Of a stretch of DNA of 64,000 nt, positions 36,639 through 54,342 are shown in pieces. Position numbers and translations under genes: made by a program. The notes under the pieces were generated by a model. It searched no databases. It worked only from the letters and a program-made list of their open reading frames with translations, and had not been told where the DNA came from. This DNA comes from Eledone cirrhosa (lineage: Eukaryota): contig OZ024752.1 in NCBI GenBank assembly GCA_964016885.1, positions 1-64,000 on the forward strand, written 5' to 3'. Within the stretch, counting starts at the first letter, position 1, and each line of letters starts with the position of its first letter.

Positions 36639-36963
36639 ATATTCGATACGTTTGCAATTATGCAAACAGCCTCTTTTTTTTAAAGCCATGTCAGTAGAAT
36701 GACCTCGTCATTCTTGCTCTTGTGTTGCCATGCAGACAGAACTGCAGACACTAATGTTTCTGGGTGATTGCCTACCTGCCAACTCTCAGTGCTAGTGACA
36801 GTTGGCAGGCAAGAAGTATACTGTACTGATAAAAGGTAATCACCTAGAAACATCAGTGTCTGCAGTTCTGTTTGCTTGTCAACACAAGAGCTAGAATGAC
36901 GGTGTCATTCTACTGACATGGCTTTAAAGAGGCTGTTTGCATAATTGCAAATGAATCGAATAT
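36639..36963. mobile_element. Fold-back / MITE-like element (~130-bp imperfect arms)
   Basis: 36639-36773 vs 36834-36963; inner hairpin CCTGCCAACT/AGTTGGCAGG. Confidence 0.75.
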
Positions 36964-37095
36964 TGCCGAGGTTAACTTTGCCTTTCATCCTTACGGGGTC
37001 GATAAAATAAAGTACCAATAATGCACTGGGTAATTGCTGGCCTTGTGCCTAAAGTAGAAACAATTATTATTAATATTCGATTATTAATATTCAAA

Positions 37096-37315
37096 GGGCG
37101 GTGGATTGGCAGTATCGGTAGAGAGTCGGACGCCATGCTTTGCAGCATAGAGTTAATGCCCTTTATGATCTGAGTTCAAATCCCGCCGAGGTTAACTTTG
37201 CCATTCATCCTTACGGGGTCGATAAAAGAAAGTACCAGTCACGCACTGGGGTCGATTTAATCGACTTTCCCCTCCCCCAAAATTGCTGGCCTTGTGCCTA
37301 TATAAGAAACCATTA
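37096..37315 (+). mobile_element. Full-length tRNA-like SINE
   Basis: TGGCAGTATCGG box-A-like, GAGTTCAAATCC box B; more than ten related copies in window. Confidence 0.82.
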
Positions 37316-37381
37316 TTAATATTAAAAAATCTTAGATTAGATTACATATATATACGAGTATATATATATATATATATATAT

Positions 37382-37575
37382 ATAGGAAAAAATATGACCC
37401 CGACGGCAGAGCTTAACCCGTTTCGACGGGTATTTCAGTCCAGAAATAGCGTCGAAACGGCTTGAGCTCTTCCGTCAGGGCCATACTTTTTCCTATTACC
37501 CACTCTACTACCCTAAGTATTGAGTACTCTGGTGCGTTATGGTGCATCTTGTTCCTTACCACATCTCCTTCGTTA
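37382..37575 (+). mobile_element. Hairpin-plus-tail element, copy B (decayed arms)
   Basis: Homologous to 27844-28038; loop AGTCCA at 37437-37442. Confidence 0.85.
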
Positions 37576-37590
37576 TATATATATATATAA

Positions 37591-37770
37591 GGGCCATATC
37601 ACGCTGAAAACACAGGTTCTCGTCCGATCACCGAGGTTAAATAACTTCGAGCCTAGTTAGTATTTAGATGCGTGACCGCTTGGGAAACCTAGATGCTGTA
37701 AACATTTCTTTAATGGCGGTACCCCAGCATGGCCTCAGCCTGTCGACTGGAACACGTAATGGACTAGAAT
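37591..37770 (+). pseudogene. 5S rRNA-derived sequence fused to a CR1-like 3' tail (5S pseudogene or SINE3-type element)
   Basis: GGCCATATCACGCTGAAAACAC.GGTTCTCGTCCGATCACCGA.GTTAA...GTTAGTA.TT.GATG.GTGACCGC.TGGGAA..TGCTGTA matches the invertebrate 5S consensus (37591-37703); followed by GGCGGTACCCCAGCATGGCCTCAGCC. Confidence 0.85.
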
Positions 37771-39410
37771 ATATATTCGTGTGCGTGTGGAACAATAGAT
37801 CTAGTCGGTGAACTAGTTGCGTGCCACAGGATTGCTATATCAACGTTGATCTTAGGTTAAAGAACCATCACAACCACCGTAATAACGACAACAATAGCGA
37901 TAATGGTTTGTGATTTAGGTACAAGGCCAACAGTTTAAGAGATATAGGAATATGAAGCACGTGATAACAAGGATAAGCCAAAACGTCATTCTATATTTCT
38001 TGCATGTCTAAGAGAAATATCTCTAAGAGAAATGACTCTAAAGTTAAGGGATGTCATACGAACTACAAGTTCATACTTAGACACGAAATCTTCTATAATG
38101 ATTCTTTTAACTTACAGTTGATTCCTGCTTGTGAAAGTTTAGATCTAAAGATGGCTGTAGTTGGATTACAAGGTACACTGCAGAAGTTCTGAGACTTTTA
38201 ATTTACTTACATGGACAACATTTTTCGAGAAGTGGGCCGCATAGGATATGGCTCATTATAAGGTAGGCCGCACTAAAAAATTCAAGGCAATTTTGAAATT
38301 AGGTGTACTATTCAGAAAGCCAAACGAGCCGCATGCGGCTCGCAGATCGCACTTTGCCCATGATTGCTCTAATACATCCTTGATATGGTTATAATAAAAC
38401 CTGTGATCATAAGATTGAAGACTGTACTTGTAATTCAAAGAAGTCACACTTGTCACAGACAGTCTCACGCTGAATCTCCCTCAGAATTATGTTAAAAGTA
38501 CGAGTTTCAATGGAATGCTCAGCCATTTGCTTATTAATTAATTCTAGGAGCAGGCTGTTGTGTTGGTCGAACAACTGGAACACTCCTCGTCGAAACCAAC
38601 GGAAGACCATTTCGTCAAATGTAAGGAACTAACCCGGCTGTGACCTTCAATTTCAGGATCACAAAGAAGTGGGTCTAATACCATTCCCCTCAGTGACAAT
38701 TTGTTTTGAGTTCCTGGAAATTCTATTATTTCATTTATTTATTTATATTTTTATTTGTTTGTTTGTAAAGGGGCAGGAAGGGTTTCTAATTTAAAGAACA
38801 AGGCCAGAAATTTCAGAGGCCAGGGAAGCGGAAAAGAGAAATTCGATTAAATTGAATCCCAGTATTTGACTGGTATTTTGTTTTATCGACCCCGAGATCG
38901 ATGAAAGGCGAAGTTGTCTTTGGCGGGATTTGAACTCAGAACCTCAGAACCTAAAGAGCCGGAATAAAAGTCACAAAACATTTTGTATGACGCTCTACCT
39001 GCTAATCACCACCCGGAATGACACAACAACAACAACAACAGCAACAGCAACAACAACTACTAACAGTAACGAACATGGCGGTGAAGGTGTTATTTACTGT
39101 CAAAAACAACTGTTGAACGTAGAGTGTGTGTATGTGTATATGTGTGTGTATATGTTGTGCCATGAGATTATATGTGTGTGAGTGAATGTGTGTATGTATA
39201 TGTGTGTCGTTGGCTGTGTGCGTGTCTTTCTGTGTGTGTGTGTGAATGTTTGGTTGCCAGTGATTGTGTGTCAGTGTGTCTGTGCGTATGTGTGTGTAAG
39301 TGAAGTTACCAGTGATTGTGTTGTGTATGTCTGTGAGGTGTGTGTCTCTGTGTGTGTGTGTCTGTGTGTGTATGTATGTGAAGTTACCAGTGATTGTGTG
39401 TGTCTGTCTG

Positions 39411-39441
<31 letters not shown>

Positions 39442-39487
39442 CTGTGTGTTTGTGTGTGTGTGTGTCTGTGTGTGTGTGTGTGTCTGT

Positions 39488-39555
<68 letters not shown>

Positions 39556-39988
39556 GCGTGTGTGTATATATATGACTGCGGGGGAGAAAAAGGGTGTAAG
39601 CTGTTATCACTACCGGATATCGAACTCTTGGAAACCATGTGACAGGAGGCGGGAAGATTGTTGTGGTGGTAGTAGTAGTAGTGGTAGTAGTGGTAGTAGT
39701 GGTGGTGGTTGTAGTAGTAGTAGTAGTAGTTGTAGTGGTGGTGGTGGTGGTAGTAGTAGTAGTGGTGGTGGTTGTAGTAGTAGTAGTTTTGGCGGTGCTA
39801 GTGGTAGTAGTAGTAGCAGTAGTATTAGTAGTAGTAGTAGTAGCAGCAGCAGCAGTTTTTGCAGTAGTCGTAGTATCAGTGGGGATGTTGGTGGTGGTGG
39901 TATTAGGAGCTGATGGTGGTGGAGGTAGTGGTGGTGGTAGTTGTGATATGGAGTGGGTTGTTCTAGTAACAGTAACCATGATAGATAA

Positions 39989-41722
39989 ATTTCTTTATTA
40001 GCCACAAGGGCACAAAAGAAGAGGACAGATGGGGAGTTTACATACAGGTATATGAAAATAAAACTATTAATACAATAACAAATAACAATTGAAATCCCCA
40101 ATAGGGGGGGGGTGTTACACAGGGGTTGTACACACCCCGAAAAAATGTACAACCCCCATCTCCAGGAGCACCAAGAGTGAGTACTCCCTTCCTCTTTTCC
40201 TCTTTTTCTTCAACCTACAGGCTTATATAGAGAGAAGGCCCAACCACTCGGGCCATCTTTTCCACATTCACCCACCTTTTATAAAATTTGCTAGGGTACA
40301 GCACCTCTCTCTCTCCATCCTGATTCTTCTTCCAAAATGATATTTGAAAAAAACGAATCGTTGCTCGCCGGAGAGAAACGTGTCTGACCTCAGCCATTTT
40401 AACCTCGTCCACCATATAACCTCTTTCACCATAGCCATACACATAGGAAAACCGCCTTTCCCTCGTTTTTGAAGGAGGGTGGCGGTTTGATCAGGACAAT
40501 GGACTCGGTGGTCAACTGGATTGGTCCCACCCGCGACAATAGTCGTTCTACATAGCCCCACAGGTCGGTAACGCCCGGGCAGTGTACAAATGCGTGTGCG
40601 ACGGTTTCCTCGTCGCGCACGCATCTCGGACAGAACTTTTTCGAATCGAAGGGTCCCTACCCGGGCGCCCGTGTCTGTAGAGCTTGTCTCGAACTGGTAG
40701 AGCTCCTTGGTAGCACTGCCAGGCCAGGGACTTTTGGAAGTTGTCCAATGGTCCCGGGCGGAAGGTCCTACTGAACAGACTGGCCAATTCGTCCTCATCT
40801 ACGCCTAGAGTTTCTCCGAGCGTGTCGTCGCACTTGCTGCGAGCCAACCCTCTATAGAATGTCGAAGTGGAGTCTCCACTGATCGCCGGGTCTGTTTGCC
40901 AGAGGACTGTGAGCGCCTGAGCACATTCGATGTGCCAGTCGCCCATTTTCCTCGGCCTTTGCTTGACCCAGGACTGCAGCTCGGTCAACGAGACGAGTCG
41001 TGGGAAGGCTCGCCTCACGAACGGGGCCCACACCGGTTGTCTGGTGAGGAATACGTGGAGGTGCCGCAGCATGAGCGCGTGTTTGCGCATCCCCAGCCCT
41101 CCGTTTGAAGAGTGTTGGCAGTAGATGGATCTTCTCACCAAAGGAGCCCGTTTCTTCCAAATAAATTGGAAGAGCGCGCGCTCCATTTTGGTGAGCGTTT
41201 TGGCTGAACAAGGCACAACGGTCAAGCGGTAGTAGATGACGGACGCTATAAGAGTGTTCGCCACCTCCGCTCGACCTTTCAAGGATAGTTTGCACTCGGC
41301 CCACTTCTGGGTGAGCGCAAACACTTTGGCCGTCACCTCGTTCCAGTTCTTCTCCACCTGAGGTCAGACCCCGAGCAGCTTTACCGGTCCTTCCGTTCAG
41401 CGTCCGACGACGTCATCGGAAAGCATCGGTTTGCCTCTCCACGTTCCGAGTTGAAAACCGACGGATTTGTCCCGGTTCAGCTTCGACCTGTGAACCTTTC
41501 GTATTCCTCCAGTAAGGTGCCGATCTCCCCGATTTGCGCGGTGCTCGACACCATTACTGTCACGTCATCGGAGTAGGCCGACGCCGCTTTTCGCAGTCCC
41601 GGTTCCAAAGGGATGCCCTGCAATAGCTCCAACTTCCGCAGTAGTGGCTCGAGAGTCAGTACGTACAGAAGGGAGGAGAGAGGGCATCCCTGTCGGATGG
41701 ATCTAGTGATATGGAACGGCCA
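39989..41722 (-). mobile_element. 5'-truncated, frameshifted Tx1/L1-like LINE
   Basis: Minus strand RSIRQGCPLS...AYSDD (41560-41715), LSLKGRAEVAN, GGLG, ETVAHAFVHC zinc-knuckle region; GATA repeats on both flanks. Confidence 0.88.
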
Positions 41723-41933
41723 TGATAGATAGATTATAAGTAAATAGATAGATAGACTGATAGATAGACGGATAGATAAATAAATAGAAAGACAAATCGA
41801 TAGATAGATAGATAGTTAGTCATTTGTATATTTGTGTATATATATATATAAGGTAAATTATATGATGATACAAGTGTTTAGGTATATATATATATATATA
41901 TATAAGGTAAATTATATGATGATACAAGTGTTT

Positions 41934-41978
<45 letters not shown>

Positions 41979-41985
<7 letters not shown>

Positions 41986-42172
41986 AAGTATGACCCCGAC
42001 GGCAGAGCTCAAGCCGTTTCGACGGCTATTTCTGGACTCCAGAAATAACCGTCGAAACGGCTTGAACTCTGCCTTCGGGGTCATACTTTTTCCTATTTCC
42101 CACTCTACTACCCTAAGTATTGAGTACTCTGGTGCATTATGGTGCATCTGGTTCCTTACCACAATTCCTTTG

Positions 42173-42175
<3 letters not shown>
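41979..42175 (+). mobile_element. Hairpin-plus-tail element, copy C
   Basis: Homologous to copies A and B; centre TGGACTCCA at 42033-42041. Confidence 0.85.
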
Positions 42176-42230
<55 letters not shown>

Positions 42231-42253
42231 TCAGCTATATATATATATATAAG

Positions 42254-43222
42254 TTTCTTTTATTTGCCACTAGGGCATCAAAAGTGGGACAAGTACAAAG
42301 GGGGGGAGTTTACACAAAAAGGCGTCCTCAATAAGGAGGAGGCAATAACAAAATATAAAAATAAAATAAGATATAACAAAAAATAAAATTTTTAACAAAA
42401 TCCTCAATAGAGAGGAGGCGCCTTGGGGGGTCGCACACACCCCCGAAAAAAGTGTGCAACCCTTTTCCTCAGGAGCACAGAGAGGGGGTGCTCCCTCGTT
42501 CCTTCCTCTTTTCCACCTACAGGCTTATGTAAAGAGAAGGCCCATTCACACGGGCCATTCTCGCCACTTTCACCCACCTTTCATAAAAACGACTGGGGTG
42601 CAGCACCTCTCTCTCCATCCTGATCCTTCTTCCGAAATGATATCGGAAGAAACGGACCAGTTGTTGGCCAGAGAGAAAGGTGCCTGACCTCAGTCCTTTC
42701 AGACGCGTCCACCATACAACCTCTTTCGCCATGGCTATTACGCACAGAAACACCGCCTCTGCTTCATCTTTGAAGGGGGGAGGCGGCTTGATCATTACAA
42801 TAGACTCGGTGGTCAACCGGATCGGTCCCACCATTGACAGCAGTTGTTCGACATAGCCCCACAGATCGGCTACGCCCGAGCAGTGTACCAATGCGTGTGC
42901 AACGGTTTCCTCGTCGCACACGCATCTGGGACAGATCTTTTTGGCGGGGTCCCTACCCGGGCGCCCGTGTCTGTAGAGCCTTTCTCGAACGGGTAAAGCC
43001 CCTCGGTAGCACTGCCAGGCCAGGGACTTCTGGAAGTTGTCCATAGGTCCCGGGCTGAATGTCCTACCGAACAGGCTGGCCAGTTCGTCCTCCTCCATGT
43101 CTAGGGCTTCTCCGAGGGCGTCGTCGCACCTGCTGCGTACCAGCCCTCTATAGAATGTTGCGGTGGAGTCTCCACTGATAACCGGATCCGCCTGCCAGAG
43201 GGCGGTGAGCGCCTGGGCACAA
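42254..43222 (-). mobile_element. 5'-truncated Tx1/L1-like LINE
   Basis: ORF 42517-~43220 with CPRC...ETVAHALVHC; paralogue of 40215-40925. Confidence 0.85.
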
Positions 43223-43467
43223 GATAGATATAGGTAGATAGATAGACAGATATATGGACAGGTAGGTGGAAATGAGTAATAGAAAAATGAAAGGACCAAG
43301 AAGTTGAATGGTAAGAATTAACGAAATGAAAGAGGGCAGGAAGGCGAAACAAATAAATAAAAGAACAGATGTGGAGAGAAAGAAAGTATAATTAAATAAA
43401 GAAGGAAAGAAAGAAAGTAATAGAGTGAAATATTTGAAAATATAATCGCTACAATGTAGATAATTAT

Positions 43468-43652
43468 AATTGTTTCTACTTTAAGCATAAGGCCAGCAAA
43501 TTACCCACTACATTACTGGTACTTTATTTTATCGACTCCGTAAGGATGAAAGGCAAAGTTAACCTCGGCGGGATTTGAACTCAGAATGTAAAGGGACGTA
43601 ACTATGCTAGAAAGCATGGCGTCCAACCCTCTACCGATACTGCCAATTCACC
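43468..43652 (-). mobile_element. tRNA-like SINE
   Basis: Family of 37096-37315; diverged + copy at 43925-44140. Confidence 0.78.
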
Positions 43653-44940
43653 TAATTATAATAATAGTTGAGAAGTATAAAATAATAGTTGAATAAGTCG
43701 GATAAAGTACCCCCGGGGACAGAAAAGAAGTGGACAAGATGGATACATAACTAATGTACCAGTAATGTACTAGGTTGTTTCTTCTTTATTAAGATTGTTA
43801 CATTTATTTGAAATGATGGACGGACGGACGGACACAACAGGCGTTGTAGTATTGATAATAGTTATGAATCTTTACATCATAGTTTTCCTTTTCTGGGGTA
43901 TTTATTTAACAATCATTTTAAGGTCAGGGGTGGTAGACTGGCGGAGCCGGACAAAATGCTTTGCTGTATTTTATTACAATCAGTCCTTGACGTTCAGAGT
44001 TCAAATTCCACCGAACTTAACTTTGCTTTTTATTTTTCCGGGGTCGATAAAAATGCAGCACCAGTAACGCACTGGGGGTCGACATATACGATGTATTCCT
44101 TCCCCTAAATTCCTGGCGTTATGTCAAAATTAGAAATCATTATCATGCACTGCGGTGGCTACCTTTTCAAATAAATAAATAAAGATAATAATAATAAAGA
44201 AGGACATTATAAAAGGAGAATGAGGAAAGATAAACAAAAACTTGTAACGAGTAAAGACTTAATTAGAAAGAAAAAAACGAAGAAAGATAGATAGAAAACT
44301 TAAAATACAAGAAACCAACAGAAGGATATAAATTAAAGACGAAAGACGAAAGGAAAAAAAAAAAGGAAAAAAAAAGGAAATTCAGTCGAAAAAAGAAATT
44401 AATTAAAAAAAGACAACAAAATAAATATTAATATATATTTCTTTTATGAAGAAGCATAAAAGACTGAGACGCTGAGGAGTAAAAGTGAGTATATGATGTT
44501 GTTCATGTTTACCACGGTTTGTGTGTGAAGATATATGTGATGGTGGCGGAATTAATATTGACTAGGAATGAAAAGAAATTGCACAAGCTAGAATACCGGA
44601 AACGAAGGCACTGCTTTGCTGTACCGGAAACGTAGCCATTGCTATGTGATCTCTAAAACGAATGGATATGCCAAGTTGTGGAAATTCAAGCTATTCCATA
44701 TTAGCATGGATTATTTTCATGTGTAGAGCTGACCTCTGCTTGTGTTGTTCTAAATCTAATTTCGAATAGTTCTAAATCTAATTTTGTGTAGTAAGTTTAC
44801 ATTTTGTGTTAAATATTTCATGTGCTAACATGGTAAAACCGTCGTAAAATGTTAAAAGGTTAATATAGCTATTACAAATATTTCTCAGACTCAAAGAATA
44901 TCAAGCAATAGGTCATGACACTTGCCTCAAAGACATTAAA

Positions 44941-45460
44941 TTCTCTTCTTATCGTGTCCACAAGAGTGTCAGCTACAAAGTTTGGCTAAATGTGGTTCCA
45001 CCAGAGCTGAACACATTGCTGTCCTTTCTCATTAAACTTTGCCAAGTCCAATGCTCTGCAGGGGTGTTACCGCAGGGGGCATATCAGGAGGTGCTGCGTA
45101 GTCTGTGGTTCGATGCTGTAGTCACAAACAACATCCCCATCCATTAAGCATGTCCAACACCAGATCTTAGTCTGTTTTGGCATTTCCACACTGCATAGTT
45201 TGTATCTGCTCCAGGGGGCAGTGCCTCGCTCGCCTTTAGCTCCATTTCCATTGTTGTTACAGATAGGAGGTTGTTAAGCTTTTCTTCCCAGCGAGTAACT
45301 CTTTCACTACTTATGCTTGATATTCCAAGGAGTGTGAGGCTCTTTAGGAAGCTTTTCTTGGATTTAAGGCGGCTTTTGGCTGGCACATGGCCAAAGAGAG
45401 GATGTTTTTGATTTGTAGTCTATTGTTGACGCTCTTTCTTGCTTAAAATAAACTCTGCCT
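44941..45460 (-). mobile_element. Ingi/Vingi-like LINE 3' fragment
   Basis: HPLFGHVPAKSRLKSKKSF, LPPG...W..NRLRSGVG, then VCD..EPQTTQHLLICP with frameshifts; ends GACACGATAAGAAGA. Confidence 0.65.
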
Positions 45461-46109
45461 ATTACTATGTAGTTTAGCGTTATTGTTACATAAGCACAGA
45501 TTCTTAGTTTTCTTTCTACCTCGGAGAAGAAGTGAGAGTTTGGGTTAGTCATGAATTTCTCTTTAGATTAATCCTTTCATTAACGTAAGCCTAATGAAAT
45601 AATAAAGAATTTTGAACGATTTTGAAATATAACCTCTCATTGTATGTATGTATGTATGTATGTATGTATGTATGTATGTATGTATGTATGTATGTATGTA
45701 TGTATGTATGTATGTATATGTATAGAGGTATGTACCTATATGTATGTATGTATATATGTATACATAGGTGTATATGACAAGGAAACACCAGGGAGGGTGG
45801 GTAGAAAGAAAAGACGGAATGTTATTTATACAGGAATCTTTGAAGAAACAGTCGGTGTATGAGTGTATGGTGGGGAAAATCAGTTCAATAGATATCTAAG
45901 ACAGGTAGAAGATAGAAACATACATATATACATACATATATACATACATATATACATATATACATATACATACACACAAACAAATACATACATATATACA
46001 TACACATACATGCATATACATACATACATACACATACATACATACATATATACATACATTCAGAGATACATACATATATATACATACATACATACACACA
46101 TACATATGT

Positions 46110-46170
<61 letters not shown>

Positions 46171-46191
46171 AATATATATATATATATATAT

Positions 46192-46245
<54 letters not shown>

Positions 46246-46364
46246 AGAGAGAGAGAGAGAGAGAGGGGGAGAGAGAGAGAAAGTGGGAGCTGGCGAGATC
46301 GATTGAATAGATTGATAGATAGAAATATAGTCCGATTAATTGATTGATAGATAAACAGACATAG

Positions 46365-46399
<35 letters not shown>

Positions 46400-46626
46400 A
46401 ATAGATAGATAGGTAGGTATAGGTAGATAAATAGATAGAGATATTTCTTTATTAGCCACAAGGGCACAAAAGAAGGGGACAAGTACAATAGGGGTAAGTT
46501 TACATTCAATAAAAACGTGTAAAACAATATCACAGATGAAAATTAAAGAAAAACAATATATAGATAGATAGATAGATAGATAGATAGAGAGACATATATA
46601 TATATAGAGAGAGAGATGGATATATA

Positions 46627-46675
<49 letters not shown>

Positions 46676-46676
46676 G

Positions 46677-46744
<68 letters not shown>

Positions 46745-46746
<2 letters not shown>

Positions 46747-46938
46747 ACAAAGGAATTGTGGTAAGGAACCAGATGGACCATAACGCACCAGAGTACTCAA
46801 TACTTAGGGTAGTAGAGTAGGAAATAGGAAAAAGTATGACCCCGACGGCAGAGCTCAAGCCGTTTCGACGGCTATTTCTGGACTCAGAAATAGCCGTCGA
46901 AACGGCTTGAGCTCTGCCATCGGGGTCATACTTTTTCC

Positions 46939-46941
<3 letters not shown>
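46745..46941 (-). mobile_element. Hairpin-plus-tail element, copy D
   Basis: Tail on the left (46745-46822); loop reads TGAGTCCA in element orientation (46879-46886). Confidence 0.85.
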
Positions 46942-46970
<29 letters not shown>

Positions 46971-47451
46971 CATAGATAAATAGATAGACAGACAGATAGA
47001 TATATTTCTTTATTTGCCACAAGGGCGCACAAGAAGAGATAGATAAACTACATAGATAGATAGATAGACAGATAGATAGATACATATATATAGATTGATT
47101 GATTGAAAAATAAAGGAAAGGAAGCAAAAATCCGCAAATTCTTATTACAACTATCATATTCCATATTCTGATTCCTTTTCCTAGCCAGACGGCTGACCAA
47201 CCAATCAACCAACCAGCCATGCCGTCCACCAAAATTACCTAGTCCTCCCCTCCCTACTAAAACATCGAACCCGCCTCTTGTTCAGCATCATTTCGTTTCC
47301 TGTGATCGTCCTACAATCATTATCGAATAAATATATCAGCGTTAATACACACACAGACACACACACACATACAGACAGACACACACAGACACACACATAT
47401 ATATGTATATATATATATATATATATGTGTGTGTATATGTATATATATGTA

Positions 47452-47496
<45 letters not shown>

Positions 47497-47649
47497 GTAT
47501 ATATATATATATGTATATATATGTATATATATATATATATGTATATATATGTATATATATATATATGTATATATATGTATATGTATATATATGTATATAT
47601 ATATGTATATATATATGTATATATATATGTATATATATATGTATATATA

Positions 47650-47728
<79 letters not shown>

Positions 47729-47736
47729 TGTATATG

Positions 47737-47944
<208 letters not shown>

Positions 47945-47945
47945 T

Positions 47946-48126
47946 GATTGGCAGTATCGGTAGAAGGTCGGGCGCCATGCTTTCCAGCATAGTTACGTCC
48001 CTTTACGATCTGAGTTCAAATCCCTCCGAGGTTTACTTTGCCTTTCATCCTTACGGGGTCGATAAAATAAAGTACCAGTAATGTACTGGGATAATTGCTG
48101 GCCTTGTGCCAAAAGTAGAAACAATT
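47946..48126 (+). mobile_element. tRNA-like SINE
   Basis: Family of 37096-37315. Confidence 0.8.
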
Positions 48127-48131
48127 ATATA

Positions 48132-48180
<49 letters not shown>

Positions 48181-48356
48181 GTATATATATATATACACAT
48201 ATATATATATATACACACATACATACAGGCACACACACAAAATATATATATATATAAGGTCGCCATGTTGATTTTCCTTACAGCATTGCAGTCACGTCTT
48301 ATCAGTTGGTATGTTTTCACTACCACTCGAGACTCGTCTCCTCATAACCTATTAAA

Positions 48357-49617
48357 ACCACCACCACCACCACCACCACCACCACCACCACCACCGCCAC
48401 TATCACCACGAACAACATCACCACCACCAACATCACCACCAACACCACCAGTCACCACCACCACCAACACCACCAGTCACCACCACCACCACCACCACCA
48501 CCACCAACATCACCACCACCACAACCACCACCAGAAACATAAAATCACCCTATATGGTCATTCGACATATTCATAGTATATGATCTTTGAAAAAAGAGTA
48601 TGGAGGGTACAATGGAGATTACACTCATGTCTATACAATAGCTTAGATGTGGTGGTCATGATTGGAACGTCTTGACCATAGACCTGCTTGATCAGATCTG
48701 AACAACAATAACAACAACAACGACACAATCATCGTCGGCAAGAAACACCATACCTCCACCATCATGACCACCACAACTACCACCACCACCACCACCACAA
48801 CTACTACCATAACCATCACTACTATAACCACCACCACAACTACCACCACTACCACCACTACAACTACCACTACCACCACCACAACTACCACCACCACAAC
48901 TACCACTACCACCACAACTACTACCATAACCATCACTACAACCAGCACTATCACTACTATAACCACCACCACCACCACAACTACCACCATAACCATCACT
49001 ACAACTAGCACCATCACCACCAGTACCCCCTCAACCACCACAACTACCACCATAACCCTCACTACAACCAGCACCCCCACCACCACCACAACTACCACTA
49101 CAACCATCACCTACTATAACCCCCCATTACCAATACCAACCATGATAAAAATCACTAAAACCAATCTTCATCATCATCACCACCGCCACCATCACCATCA
49201 TTACAATCCACCATCATCATCAGCAACCATCGCCACCACCACTACCACCAGCCGCACAACTAACCATCATCAACACCACCACCACCACCACCACCACCCA
49301 CCACAACCATATTTCATCACCACTAAATACCATTATCTCAATCTCCCTCCACTACCAACGACTACCACCACCACCACCACCACCACCACCACAACTACCA
49401 TCACCACTATATTACTATCACCAACCCCACTACCACCACAACTACTACCACCACCAACACCGCCACCACTAACCACCACCACCACTACCACCACCACCAC
49501 CAACCACCACCACCAACACCGCCACCACCACCACTACCGCCACCACCACCACCACCACCACCACCACTACCATATTACTATCACCTAGAACCACCACCAC
49601 CACAACCACCACCACCA
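48357..49617. repeat. (CCA)n/(CTA)n low-complexity tracts
   Basis: Direct reading; a similar minus-sense tract lies at 39660-39945. Confidence 0.9.
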
Positions 49618-49788
49618 TTTCCCTTTCAATCTATTGTCCTGGTTCTCTTCTATATTTGGTCTCCACTCACCTTTATCTAGTCCTCGCTTCTATTTCATCT
49701 CCAACTTGTTTTCTCACATCATGTAATTACCACTGATTTCATCTCATCTTTTACATTTAAACATCGTTTCTAACCCCCCCCCCCTCTC

Positions 49789-52640
<2,852 letters not shown>

Positions 52641-53155
52641 CTGAAGGAACTGAACCTCTACTGAGGCTGAAGGAACTGAACCTCTACTCCTTGGAGCGAA
52701 GACGGGAGAGATACGCAGTGATCTACATGTGGAAAATCCTGGAGGGACTAGCACCAAACTTTGGCATTGGGAGCTGGACCAACCGTCGAACAGGACGTCA
52801 CTGTGTGGTGCCAAAGGTCCCGTCTTCCACATCTAGAATAAGGAGCAGGTATTGCAATAGCCTGGGATTCAAGGGCCCTCAACTCTTCAACAGGCTGCCG
52901 AGGCATCTGCGAGACTTGCATGACGTGGAGGTGGATGTCTTTAAGAAACATCTCGACACGTTGTTATCCAGGATCCCGGATGAGCCCACAGCAAGACACG
53001 AGGGAAACCTAAGGGCAGCAGCAACAAACTCCCTCCTACACCAGTGGCCAACCTATACAGGCTGGAGATAAAATGTGTAGCAACAAGGGCGGTGCCCCAG
53101 CATGGCCTCAGCCGGATGGCTGAAACAGGTAAAAGAGTAAAAGAGTAAAAGAGTA
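52641..53155 (+). mobile_element. 5'-truncated CR1-like LINE
   Basis: RLKELNLYSLERRRERY...GPQLFNRLP...FKKHLD..L..IPDEP; tail GTAAAAGA x3; 22-bp duplication at the 5' junction. Confidence 0.85.
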
Positions 53156-53164
53156 TATATATGA

Positions 53165-53210
<46 letters not shown>

Positions 53211-53217
53211 TTATATG

Positions 53218-53273
<56 letters not shown>

Positions 53274-53279
53274 CATATA

Positions 53280-53376
<97 letters not shown>

Positions 53377-53463
53377 CACTCTCTCTCAAGCTATCTTTCT
53401 CTCTTCCCCTCCTCTCACACTCTTTCTAATTCTCTCTCACTTCCTTTTTCTCTCTCTTCAATG

Positions 53464-53549
<86 letters not shown>

Positions 53550-53939
53550 CACACACACACACGCACCTTTATACATATATACATACATACACACACACAC
53601 ACATATATATATACACACACACACACGCACACATATACACACATACATAATTCACTTTGTTCCATTTGGCTCAACTGGCAGAAAGGAGTTGTACCTGTAA
53701 TTCAAAGACCCGGACTTGCAGCATACTGTTTAATGCTGAATCTCCCTGAGAATTATGTTAAGAGTATAAATGGAATGTTCAGCCAATTACATGCACGATG
53801 ATGTCACGATTGGCTGTTCTGTTTATCGAACAACTGGAACAATCATCGTCGACATCGGCCGAGGTCCATTCCATCGATGTTGGGGAACATATGCCTGGGA
53901 GATAACGACAGTATGGGCACGACTAGAATATATAGGAGC

Positions 53940-54055
<116 letters not shown>

Positions 54056-54342
54056 TGCATGGAAGAACCTCGGTCGGTTTCGACGATGTGAGATCCAGTT
54101 GTGAAATCAACGGAACTTCATGCTCGTCATATTCACGTGCATCTGGCTGAGCATTCCACAGACACGGGTTACCCTTAACGTAATCCGCAGGGAGATTCAG
54201 CATGACAAAGTGTGCGACAAGGCGGGGTTTATTAATTACACAGTTACTACAGTAATTCCGACCAGTTTCGAAACCCTTTCTGTCTCCCCAATTTCACTCC
54301 CAATGCACGATCGACCCCCAGCGAGCTGAAACTATGGTAAAT

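Noticed and set aside
37591-37703. Functional 5S rRNA gene
   Set aside because: 5' bases missing, several substitutions in conserved positions, solitary and fused to a LINE tail
48764-49588. Thr/His/Pro-rich mucin-like ORF (also 39002-39979), poly-Asp 33667-34008, poly-Gln 53770-54150
   Set aside because: Trinucleotide repeats with no flanking domain or supported splice structure
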